From positions 32,001 to 96,000 of the IMG/VR virus record IMGVR_UViG_3300037262_000003: a stretch of DNA of 64,000 nucleotides; one strand, written 5' to 3'. Below the pieces are notes generated by a model. That model saw nothing but the letters and a program-made list of their open reading frames with translations. It was not told the origin of the DNA and made no database searches. Every line of letters starts with the position of its first letter. Position 1 is the stretch's first letter. This document shows positions 27,776-37,200 of the stretch, piece by piece. This DNA is from a virus. A program made the translations under genes and the position numbers.

Positions 27776-29788
27776 TTACGAGCTAACTGTGGCTGACGAA
27801 CCTGAGGCCATCTGGGTCAAAGAGATCACCACGAACTCGGCAGGTGCTGCAAGCGCAACGGCCACGGTCGCGTTAACCATTCCTGCTGCAATTGTATTCG
27901 GTGTGTTCACTGTGCTATCGCAGATGACCTGGAAGGAAGTGCTCGGGGTATTGCCCGCGAGCAGACCGTCCTGCATCTCCGACGTTAGATAGCCCGTGAT
28001 GGCTGTTGACATGTTCGACCAGAGCACGGAGTCGTTGTTCTGGAATACAGCGAACGCTGTGATCGCCTGTAGGTCATGCTGGAGCTTCATCAACGTACGA
28101 TTGATGTTGATGTACTTGGCAGGGTAGCCAGCGGCAGTTGTCAGACCGCCGAAGATGCAGAACCCAGTGTTCGGCACGATCTTGATCGGGTTGATCTGAG
28201 ACGTCTCAAGGTTGCCTAGGTCAGTCGGTGTGAAGTAGGCTTCGAGTGCTACCGCTGTGACGCTCGTCTGAGTTCCAGCAGGAGTCTGAGCGACATTGTT
28301 CTGGTTGTCGTTGACTGCCCACTGGCCAAGTACAGCGCCTCCCGGCGGAACCCACTTAGTTGCAGAGGAAGTACCAGCGGCAGGGTCGATGATTGACATC
28401 CAAGGACCGTAGATCTGACCGTTCTGAGAGGCCGTCACTGACGATCCTGACTGGCCCGATGTCATAGTCGTGTATGACGCTGCGACTACGGCACTGGTTG
28501 TCAGTCCGCCATTGAACATTCCGTCGATCACAAGAGCGACATTACCCACGCTGTTAGCCCAGGTGAGTACGTTGTTGAGAAGTGTGTAGTTGATAGTGGG
28601 AGATCCGCCCTGCAAGCCAGAAGAATCCGGCAGGTTAAGGTTGAGGATCTGGTGACCCACAATTCCGGCGAATGATCCCTGCTGCCATGAGACAGACACC
28701 GTGGCAGTGCCCGAAAGAGCGCCGTACAGGTCAATGGCAGTGGTTCCGTCTGTGCCAGGGGTGCTTGAGATAACGGCAGGCTGACTCGGGCCGGTAGCTG
28801 TTCCCAGGCTGATCGGGGTAGCGATGGCGTAAGGGTCAGACACTCCTGATACGTACGATCCTGCGCTCGGGTAATTCGATAGGCGAATGTAAGCCGAACC
28901 TGACGTTGTGCTGTTGATCATGCCAGGAGCATAACGGGAGCTTGCAGGGTTAAGGGAGATGCTTGGCCAGATCTCTACGACGTTGGCTGCATTCGGGCCA
29001 CCCTGGTAGATCTGTAGAGTGAAGAGGCTAGTAGCAGAGCCGTTAGTCGGGGTGATGCTGATGAACAGGTTAGATCCCCATACGCCAGGGAACAACGAGG
29101 TAACCGTCATAGACTGTACGCCCGTGGTGTTTGTCGTCGGAGGAACTGCGCCAGTAGAGGTAGGAGGTGCGGTGATCGTCAGCGCTGTGCCAATGGCAGT
29201 CGGGCTGCCTACAGTCTGCTGACGAGTGTACGTACCGGAGCCGCCTACCTGAGTCGAGTAGCAGTACCAGCCCGTTGCGTTAAGATCCGTTGGCGGTGAG
29301 GGGATGGTGATCGTTGATGTAGAGCCCGTCGTCAGGATAGATCCTGACGGAGACGGAGTGGTCTCACCATTGCCCGTGACGTAAGTCACTTCGAAGCGAT
29401 ACGTACCGGCTGCGACAGTACCGCCAGAGGTAGCAGTAGTTGGAACTGGCGCAGATGGAGCCGAAAGCTCAGGGCCAGTAGTGTCAGCAACAGTCAAAGC
29501 AGCCTGCGTGGCATCGCTGTTAGGAACACGCAGGACGTAGCAGCCCGTGCCACCGTTAGCGAAATACTGGTACACGGCGTATGGAAGATAGCTCGCAGAG
29601 CCCGAGCTGAACCCTCCGTACAGACGCTGGAATGCCTGCCAGTTGGTGATAAACGTCGGAACAGTAGGACCCACGTTGTAGTTTGCGGCGAAGGCTGCAA
29701 CGGCCTCGCCCGGAATGTTACCGGCACTGACCGTAACAGGTGCTGGTACCTGGTTTACGTACACACCTGGGTAAGTGTAGGCGGTCAT
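27776..29788 (-). CDS. Tail sheath protein with an inserted extra domain
   Basis: YPGVY, YFANGG..CYV.RV, PPGG...G, PAG, INPI, YININR, FQNND, PAEFV. Confidence 0.93.
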   Translation of the reverse strand: MTAYTYPGVYVNQVPAPVTVSAGNIPGEAVAAFAANYNVGPTVPTFITNWQAFQRLYGGFSSGSASYLPYAVYQYFANGGTGCYVLRVPNSDATQAALTVADTTGPELSAPSAPVPTTATSGGTVAAGTYRFEVTYVTGNGETTPSPSGSILTTGSTSTITIPSPPTDLNATGWYCYSTQVGGSGTYTRQQTVGSPTAIGTALTITAPPTSTGAVPPTTNTTGVQSMTVTSLFPGVWGSNLFISITPTNGSATSLFTLQIYQGGPNAANVVEIWPSISLNPASSRYAPGMINSTTSGSAYIRLSNYPSAGSYVSGVSDPYAIATPISLGTATGPSQPAVISSTPGTDGTTAIDLYGALSGTATVSVSWQQGSFAGIVGHQILNLNLPDSSGLQGGSPTINYTLLNNVLTWANSVGNVALVIDGMFNGGLTTSAVVAASYTTMTSGQSGSSVTASQNGQIYGPWMSIIDPAAGTSSATKWVPPGGAVLGQWAVNDNQNNVAQTPAGTQTSVTAVALEAYFTPTDLGNLETSQINPIKIVPNTGFCIFGGLTTAAGYPAKYININRTLMKLQHDLQAITAFAVFQNNDSVLWSNMSTAITGYLTSEMQDGLLAGNTPSTSFQVICDSTVNTPNTIAAGMVNATVAVALAAPAEFVVISLTQMASGSSATVSS

Positions 29789-29797
29789 CTAGTCTCC

Positions 29798-30547
29798 TTA
29801 ACCGACGTTGACCTGGCTGACAAGTCCCGCGCTCAAGACCCCTGTATTGAGCGCGATCCCAGCCGGGCTATCAAGATCGATATCGCCCAGATCGGAGTAT
29901 ACGGAGAGGTCAAGGTTTATCATGCTTACAGGAATAAGCGTACCACCCCAAGCCACAGAACTCCGAATGTCCTCTAGTAGCTCTGTGTAAAGACGCACAC
30001 GGTAGACCACCTTGAACAGACGCTTGCCGTCTTCATCGAGGCCATAGCCTTCTTCTGGTCCACCCAGGAGACGCATTGTTCTTAGTGTCCCGTTCTGTGG
30101 TACCCACATGGCACCCATCTTCGCAGGAAGACGCCAGAGTGTGGCAAGCTCAGCAATGAGAGGCTGGATGTGCTCGTTCCAGAAACGCCCGTACAGCGTG
30201 ACCTGGTAGTCAAGGTTGTACGGAGTTGGCGGGAACGGTGTGTAATACGGCGAATCCCGAGGGTCTAGCGCATGAGGATCAAACGCCGTGCCGAAAGCGA
30301 AAGGCGTCAGTCCTTCTGGCGTGTAAGGGATCTGCACCATCGCGCCCGACTGCATTCTCTCCTGGTCAGGATAGATACCAGCGTGCTCGATGATGATGAC
30401 AGGGTATGTGAGGTTAGCCAGCTCGTCCTGAGGCAGACGGAATCGCACGCCAACAGGACGACCTCCGACAGGAGCGTTCGTGTCTGTTACCGTGAGTCCC
30501 TGTAGACGCCACTTCATAACGGCGTCCTCATCGCGCAGCCATGGCAT
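29798..30547 (-). CDS. Tail terminator/completion protein
   Basis: P.PYNLDYQVT; immediately upstream of sheath. Confidence 0.65.
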   Translation of the reverse strand: MPWLRDEDAVMKWRLQGLTVTDTNAPVGGRPVGVRFRLPQDELANLTYPVIIIEHAGIYPDQERMQSGAMVQIPYTPEGLTPFAFGTAFDPHALDPRDSPYYTPFPPTPYNLDYQVTLYGRFWNEHIQPLIAELATLWRLPAKMGAMWVPQNGTLRTMRLLGGPEEGYGLDEDGKRLFKVVYRVRLYTELLEDIRSSVAWGGTLIPVSMINLDLSVYSDLGDIDLDSPAGIALNTGVLSAGLVSQVNVG

Positions 30548-31114
30548 TACTGTGTACCCCCACCAATTGTGCTAGGCGGCCCGTTGGTAGTGTAAGGCCC
30601 GCCCGGAGCCCAGTCAGCGAACTGCGAGTCCCAGACCAGCTCGTCGGGCTTGACCTGTGTCGTGGAGATGGCAACGATGATGTCACGACGCTGCATCTGA
30701 CCTCTGACGGAGATCTGGCGTACTCGGAATACCTTCCTGTCGTACACCACGCGATCCTTCATGTAGTTGCCTGTCATGATGTCAGCGTAATCCATACCGG
30801 CCTGTAGCATCTTGCTGAACGAGACGATGAGGGCGGCGTCGTCGTTGTAGTAGAATCCGTTCTCAGACTCTTCGTTGGCACCTTCCACGTGCTCGATATG
30901 CATACACTGTAGACGCTGTGACGGCAGGTACATAAGCCCGTTGCCCGTAGGCTCGTCGTAAACGTCATCCATCTGAGAGTTGGCCTCATCGAAACGGAAG
31001 TAGTCCGCCCAGTCACCATCAACGGCCTGCCATCCGTCCATGGCACCGAGGATCTTGTCAGTCTCATAAATAGTCCGGATTAAATCTTCCACGCTTGAAG
31101 TCCATGCGGCTCAC
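30547..31114 (-). CDS. Neck/head-closure protein split across two frames (GTG 31114 MSRMDFKRGRFNPDY, then ETDKILG...) by TAT-TTA-TGA
   Basis: Strong SD AAGGAGGT and GTGA coupling at 31114; DDVYDE, DRVVY..KVF, QVKPDELV.D.QF in the downstream frame. Confidence 0.7.
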
Positions 31115-31344
31115 CGGCTAACCACCTCCTTCAGCACCCACTCCGCGAACAAGCGTAGCTGTTCGGGCGATGCATCTCGTTTCATGCTGTTAGCCAGGTG
31201 GCTAATGACTTGGACATTACCTGGGACATACCCTAGGGCAGGGACGATGCGGTCAAGGCTTGGAGCATTGTGCCCTGGACCTCTTCCAGTACCAGGATAC
31301 AGGGAAATCCCCAAGACAGGGCAAACATCTGGGATGTAGAACAC
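31111..31344 (-). pseudogene. N-terminally truncated HNH-type endonuclease
   Basis: CPVLG...PSLDRI.P..GYV.GNVQVIS..AN.MK; only 77 aa. Confidence 0.6.
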
Positions 31345-31346
31345 TA

Positions 31347-31691
31347 CTACTCCCAGTCCTCGTGATAGACGCGTGCCGGAATTATCCCACCCATCTTCTG
31401 GGCGAAACGCTCTCCGTCATCTGTGCGCTCTGGTGCGTGCATGAGCTGCCCGCCAGTTGCGGCCTGGGCGCGCTGGTACAGAGCTGTTCCTATTCCCCTG
31501 CCACGATCTGCCTTGTCGTAGACCTTTACCTCACCGATCTGCGGACGAGACTGGCCTGAGTCGTAGTTAGACAGATAGCTCAGGTGCGCCACGGGCTCGT
31601 CATTCCGCATGGCGAATACGTGGCCCGAGTTGGTGTCCGGGTCGTGGTGCTCCTCGAACTGCACACTGTTGAGGTGGTCTGTCGCTGACAT
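31347..31691 (-). CDS. GNAT-family acetyltransferase
   Basis: V.V....RGRGIGTALY acetyl-CoA motif; TDDG..F. Confidence 0.75.
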   Translation of the reverse strand: MSATDHLNSVQFEEHHDPDTNSGHVFAMRNDEPVAHLSYLSNYDSGQSRPQIGEVKVYDKADRGRGIGTALYQRAQAATGGQLMHAPERTDDGERFAQKMGGIIPARVYHEDWE

Positions 31692-32092
31692 TACTTCATC
31701 CTCGTCTTGTAACCCTTGTCGCCACGCTCTCCAAGGGAATCTCTTGCCTTCTGTTCATCAGGATTGCGGGCTGTTGACCACGAGTCGTGGACTGCATTAG
31801 GCTGTGCCGTAGGATTGTCACCCACGTCTACGGCAGGCAAGGGCATTCCTAGCCTTGCGGCTACTGCCGCCCGATGATGCCCGCCACCCTGGATCTGGTA
31901 GTTACCAGCACGGTCGTTGAACTTGACACCCACAGGAGTCTGAAAACCATTCTCCTTGACGTGCGACTCCAACTTGGACATGTACTCGGGCTCGCGGTTG
32001 TATAGCGTGTCAGCCACAGCGTGAAGGGACTTGCCCTTCACACCGGGGTCTGAGCCTACGACATGCTTGAACTGTTCAGGCGAGAACTCCAT
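31691..32092 (-). CDS. ParB/Srx N-terminal-like protein
   Basis: L..HVKENGF.TPV.V...GGHHRAAVA..LG. Confidence 0.7.
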   Translation of the reverse strand: MEFSPEQFKHVVGSDPGVKGKSLHAVADTLYNREPEYMSKLESHVKENGFQTPVGVKFNDRAGNYQIQGGGHHRAAVAARLGMPLPAVDVGDNPTAQPNAVHDSWSTARNPDEQKARDSLGERGDKGYKTRMK

Positions 32093-33054
32093 TAGACACC
32101 CCAGTTCGCAAACCAGGGAGAAGGCAGACCAGAGTTGTCGTCGTAGCGGTGATCCACCGGAGGAATCTGACGTACCGGCCAGCGGTGGTCATCGTACTCG
32201 CGATCCTTGAACAGAGGAACGAGTCTTCCGGTTGTCCTAGACACACGACGCAATGGCAGGGTCTCAGAACGGTAGAGCCCGACGTTGAGCTGTCCGCAGT
32301 AGTCCATGTACCGGGCCGTAAGGCCCTGGATCTGCTCCATGATCTGACGGTATCTTGTGGTCCTGTCAATGACAGTGCCCTCAGCCGTCTGAACATTGGA
32401 ATCACTGGCTGCATCATTAGCCAGAGCCCAGAATGCATTGATCGTCGTGAGCATCTCGACTAGAGGTTCTTCGATAGCCGGTAGGTTCTGTAGCGTCTTG
32501 GTCTCTTCACGATACGAGTAGAACCCACGGGCGTCTAGGTAACGTTCGTTGATCTCCTGCCCGTAGACATGCTGACGAGTCGAGTCCATTGCGATGATCG
32601 CAAGCTCGTAGTCAGAGAACAGAGACCAGGCCGACCCCACGATGATCAACGTTGAGTTCAGCGGAACAGGAGCGCCCAGGAAGATCTGCCCGTTAATGGT
32701 GTCGATAGCGTAAGCCGAGGCTGTGTCATCCTGCCAGTAGGCCGTGCCGCCAGAAACGGGAGCGTAATCTATGTTGTCCTGTAGGGCAGTGTAGAACCCC
32801 AGTTCATACGCGACCTGGTTGCCTGCGCCGTATGTGACGGTGCTCGACCACGGAGTAGCTGACGTGAAGTCCGCCAGTACCGTCTCTATGGCCCCTGAGA
32901 CGACCGTGACGGCTAGAACAGAGGACCGGTTGACTTCCTGCTTGGGTAGGTCATACCAGAGCGTCTGTCCGTCTCCTAGGGCCGTTGTACGGAACGGCGT
33001 AGGCGGGTCACCGATCTGGAATCGGACCCTGTGAATAAGATCCTTTAGATGCAT
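32092..33054 (-). CDS. Head-tail adaptor/neck protein with a CBM5/12-like insert
   Basis: RVR..IGD; R.R..RY; LRRVSRTT.RLVP....EYDD; insert W.S.VTY..G.QV.Y. Confidence 0.7.
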   Translation of the reverse strand: MHLKDLIHRVRFQIGDPPTPFRTTALGDGQTLWYDLPKQEVNRSSVLAVTVVSGAIETVLADFTSATPWSSTVTYGAGNQVAYELGFYTALQDNIDYAPVSGGTAYWQDDTASAYAIDTINGQIFLGAPVPLNSTLIIVGSAWSLFSDYELAIIAMDSTRQHVYGQEINERYLDARGFYSYREETKTLQNLPAIEEPLVEMLTTINAFWALANDAASDSNVQTAEGTVIDRTTRYRQIMEQIQGLTARYMDYCGQLNVGLYRSETLPLRRVSRTTGRLVPLFKDREYDDHRWPVRQIPPVDHRYDDNSGLPSPWFANWGV

Positions 33055-33070
33055 CGGTTATCCCTTCGGT

Positions 33071-34162
33071 CTACTCACTAGGATACATGTAGTTCCAGCG
33101 ATCAAATGCTAGCTGACGCATGTTGCCCTGGTAAGGAGCGCCTGCCACACACGCACTCGTGAGCGTTGACACCAGACTCGCCTCAGCATTGCAGGCAACC
33201 GTGATTGACGCCGTTACTCGCCCCGCATTAGGGTTAAGCGCTATGCCTACGGCGATGAGCGCAGGAATGACGTGCATCGTCGCGCCGACGTGTTGTCCGT
33301 GGCTACGCCCGGTGAAGAACGTAGGAGTCTGAGTGCTAAGAGCGCTTCTAAGATGACCGCGCTTCCGATTAGCCGTAAACGTCGGGGACTGCGCGCTAGT
33401 AGCAGACCTTACGCGTCCTCGGATATGTACCGCCAGGAACGTAGGAATCTGGGTACTCGTAGCAGAGCGATAGTGCCCGCGAGTCCTTCCCGCAGAGAAT
33501 GTCGGGCTCTGGTTGGAGGTAGCAGAGCGCTTTCGTCCGTGGATTCTGGTGGCAATGAAGTTCGGCGTTACACTCATTACCGCGCTGCGAACAATGTTCC
33601 CACCGGCTACGAGAGCCGTAGCCAGGAACGTAGGACTCACCGAAAGAGTGGCGTGTCTTCCGTGACCGTGAATCCTGGTGGACACGAATGAGGGAGTAAT
33701 GCTCGACAGGGCAGACCTCACACGCCCGCGTGTACGTCCAGCATTGAACGTTGGCGTGAGCGTCAATGTTGCCTGACGTGGATGACCATGTAGCTTCGTG
33801 GTAACAAACGTAGGGTTTGGCGTCAATGTTGCGTGACGCCCATGTCCGTGAATACGTGTGGCCAGGAACGTCGGAGTGATAGCCGCGAGAGCTGACCTGA
33901 CACGGCCTCTCGTGCGCCCGGCATTGAAAGTAGGAGTCGGAGTGAGAGATGCACTGCGTGGGTGACCATGATGCTTTGTAGCGACAAACGTAGGACTCTG
34001 GGTGCTCAGCGCTGAACGGACACGACCTCTGATTCTGGTCACGTTGAAAGTCGGGGTTACCGACAGGGATGCTGAAGGCGTATGAGAACCGCTAGCCCCA
34101 ACGTTACCGGGATTGGCCGAACCGGGCGACATGCTGCCCGGTGTCGCACCAAAGGATGTCAT
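33071..34162 (-). CDS. Putative structural protein with about 13 basic 20-aa repeats and C-terminal DRWNYMYPS module
   Basis: A....(T/S)PTF.A.R.(R/H)G..RS repeats in translation. Confidence 0.75.
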   Translation of the reverse strand: MTSFGATPGSMSPGSANPGNVGASGSHTPSASLSVTPTFNVTRIRGRVRSALSTQSPTFVATKHHGHPRSASLTPTPTFNAGRTRGRVRSALAAITPTFLATRIHGHGRHATLTPNPTFVTTKLHGHPRQATLTLTPTFNAGRTRGRVRSALSSITPSFVSTRIHGHGRHATLSVSPTFLATALVAGGNIVRSAVMSVTPNFIATRIHGRKRSATSNQSPTFSAGRTRGHYRSATSTQIPTFLAVHIRGRVRSATSAQSPTFTANRKRGHLRSALSTQTPTFFTGRSHGQHVGATMHVIPALIAVGIALNPNAGRVTASITVACNAEASLVSTLTSACVAGAPYQGNMRQLAFDRWNYMYPSE

Positions 34163-34167
34163 ATCGG

Positions 34168-34293
34168 TTACGCTATCTTAGACACTTCTAGGACTGCGCC
34201 TTCTTCAATCTTTATCTCATCACCAGAAGTGGTGCTCTGGACGGTCAACTGAAGTGTACCGGGTGCCGCCCAGTCGATCCTGACGCCGCCCAT
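34168..34293 (-). pseudogene. 41-codon chimeric relic, probably ending in the former fibre C-terminus (GTLQLTVQS...GAVLEVSKIA)
   Basis: TAATG-coupled to the fibre stop; composition drops from high GC to phage-like inside it. Confidence 0.5.
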
Positions 34294-37200
34294 TAGTTGA
34301 CCCGCTTCCAGCAGCCGCCATTGATCGTTACCGACACGCCCGCAGCCGAGGGGGTCATGCCCACCATCATCTGCTCCGCGCCCGTGGTGACCACGGTGGT
34401 GAGCTGCTGGCCCATCGTGGTCAGGAAGTAGTTCATGTACAGCGACGCCGTGACGCTCGCCTCGGTCGTGCTCAGGAACTGGACGATCGCCGAGTAGCGC
34501 ATCGCCGCGCCCGTCACCGCCGCGCCCGCGTTCGGGTTCGCCGCCCCGGAGCTGACGAGGCTCGTCCCGGCGAGGCCGCCGTAGAAGACCTGCCAGGTGA
34601 GCGTCTGCGTGTCGACCGTGGTGGTCACGGTCCCCCACAGGTCCAGCTCCCACGTCTGCCCGGCCGCGATGCTGCCGCCCGCGATCGTCGGCCCCGGGAA
34701 CACGTCCACCGCCACCGTGCCGCCCGTGTAGGGGCCGCCGGGCAGCGAGGGGATGTAGACGCTCCCGGGGTGAACGTGGCCCGCGTCGGCCGCCTTGCCG
34801 GTGGCACCTGCCGCCTGCGTGCCGAGGGGCTGGATGTCCGCCGCGGTCCCGTCCAGCTCCACCGCGCCCTGCGCGCTGGTCGTCGCCGCCGGCAGGTCGC
34901 CCGAGGCGATGGTGCCCCAGCCCGGCGCGGCGGAGGCGCTGCCCGTGCCCGTCTGGGTCAGGAACTTCTTCGTGGCGGCCGTGTTCCCGGCCAGCCGCGC
35001 CGCCGTGCCCGCCCCCGACTCGTACTCCAGGTCCCCGGTCGTCGTCATCGGCGACAGGGCGTTGTACGCGGCGGCGGCCGTGATCGCGCCGGTCCCCCCG
35101 TTGGCGATGGCGAGCGCGTTGTTCTTCGCGAAGTCGGACGGCCCCGCGCTCTGCACGTACCAGGTGGTGCCGATGTAGACGACGGCGAAGGTGTACCCGG
35201 CCGGGATGGCGATGTTCCCGCTCGTCCCGAAGTTGCTCAGGGTCGCGCCGCTGCCGGGGGCCAGCGTGACGGAAACCGAGGCGGCGTTGGTGACCGTGTT
35301 GATCGAGCTGCCCGGCGGCGACGCGGGCAGCGTCAGCGTCTGCCCCGTGGTCGACCCGGTGAAGACCGTCTCCTCGCCGGGCAGCAGCGTCGCCGTGGCG
35401 GTCCGCGCGGTCGCGTTGTTCAGGTCGCTCACCAGGGTCGCCTCAGCGCTGGTGATCGCGACGCCCTGGACCTTCCCAACGGTCGTCGCGCCCTGCGTGC
35501 CGGTCACGTCCCCGGCGAGGCTGCCGGTGAAGCTGCCCGCCGACCCGGTGATGTTCTCCGCGTTGGGCCCGTACCACAGCGACGTGTTCGTGTCCCAGAA
35601 GAACTGCCGGGACGAAAGCGCGGGGATCACGTCTGCTGTTCCGTCTGCGACGTTGCTTGTTCCTGCCGCTGCGAAGGTGAGTGCGTTCGCCGACTGGTTG
35701 ACGACCGTCACCATCTGCCCGCTTGTCCCTGCTGTTGCGAGGATCAGCCCCGTGTACGCAGCCGCTGCTGTCACGGGCACGAACGACACCGAGGTCGGGA
35801 TCGTCTGCCCGTTGGCTGTGAGCGCGGTAGGTCCGGCGTAGTTCCCGATCGCGAGCCCGTACGGCGTCTGTACCTGGGTGGGGAAGATGTTGGTCACGCT
35901 GGCGAGGACGGAGTCGCCGAGCACCTGCCCGTAGTACCCGAAGTTGCTGGTCTTGTTGCTGGCGGTGAACGGGTAGGCCCCGGCGGCGAAGGACAGGAGC
36001 CCGCCGCAGGCGAAGCTGTAGTTCCCGGTCGCCCCGAAGTAGATCGTGTACGGGGCCAGGAAGGTAGCGTCGTCCAGCTCGACGCCGATATTGAAGGTGC
36101 TGTCACTGATGAAGCTGTAGCCGGGGTCGGGCCCGGCGAGGGCGGTGTTGTTGCCGGTGATCCTCAACACGGCGTACTGAGTCGTAGAGGTGCTGAAATT
36201 ACCGAAGATGCCGAGCTGGACGGCGTTCTGGGCCAGAGCGCCGTTCTGGAAGACGACGCCGTCACCCCCGTGGCCGTTGGCGTTGGAGACCGTGAAGGAA
36301 TCCATGACGAGGCCGGAGCCGCCCTGCCAGATCTCAAACCCGGCCTGGCAGTCGATCAAATACCAGGCGGAGTTGCACCAGCCCTGGGTGATCATGTACT
36401 GGATGAGGTAGTACATGTCCACGGTCGCGGTGGTGACCTGGCTGGTGAATTGGAAGCTCGCCGTGCCTTCGGTGGCGTTAGCCCACGAGCTCTGCCAGTA
36501 CACGTCGAACGTGTTCGCGCCGATCGTCACATTGGACGCGTAGAGCGTGCCCGGCGGGGTCACGCCGGTCGAGTTGGCCATCCAGACCATGACCTCAAGG
36601 CCGTTGGTGGCGTTGTTCGTCGGGTCCGGTGCCGTGTTGATCCAATGGTCATGGACGCAGTCCCAGATGTCGGAGCCGCCCGCGCCGAGCGTGACCGTAT
36701 TCGATACGACGACCTGGCCCGGTGTGATGCTAGAGCAGACCAGCGGGAACGGATTGAGCGGGCTCAGCGACCCGTACTGGTTGCCGACGTAAACAGACGG
36801 GTAGGCGGCCGGGGAACCTGGGTGGGTGTTGGCGAGGGAGGAGGCGGCGACCGAGAACGTGGTGGGCAAGCCGATCGTGTAATCGACGGTGAATGCCGCT
36901 GACGAGTCGTAACGGTTGCTCTGGATGACATAAGGCCCGTCATTGACCTGCTGTAGTGCGGTCAGCGTGCCGCTGCCGCTGCCGTACTGGCCGGAGCCGG
37001 TCCCGTTCTGGTTGATGAAGATATTGAGATTCATCCGGTCGTAAGATCCGGTCGCATTACCCGAGGTGTTCGCCGTGTTGTCGAAGACGACATGCTGCGT
37101 GCAGTTCTGGGCGAAGATCTCGCCCTCCATCTGCTCGCACCACGAATACTGGTTGTCGAACCAGATGCCCTTGCTCGTGGTGCCTGCGAAGAAGTTCTGG

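Noticed and set aside
16778-29788. Extracellular contractile injection system or tailocin
   Set aside because: Capsid, portal, terminase and replication genes show a complete phage
33071-34162. CRISPR array or diversity-generating retroelement repeats
   Set aside because: Repeats are protein-level and diverged in DNA; no cas or reverse transcriptase gene seen
34770-36902. 710-aa + strand ORF and other long antisense ORFs over the fibre gene
   Set aside because: Shadow frames produced by extreme GC3; Arg/Gly-rich with no motifs
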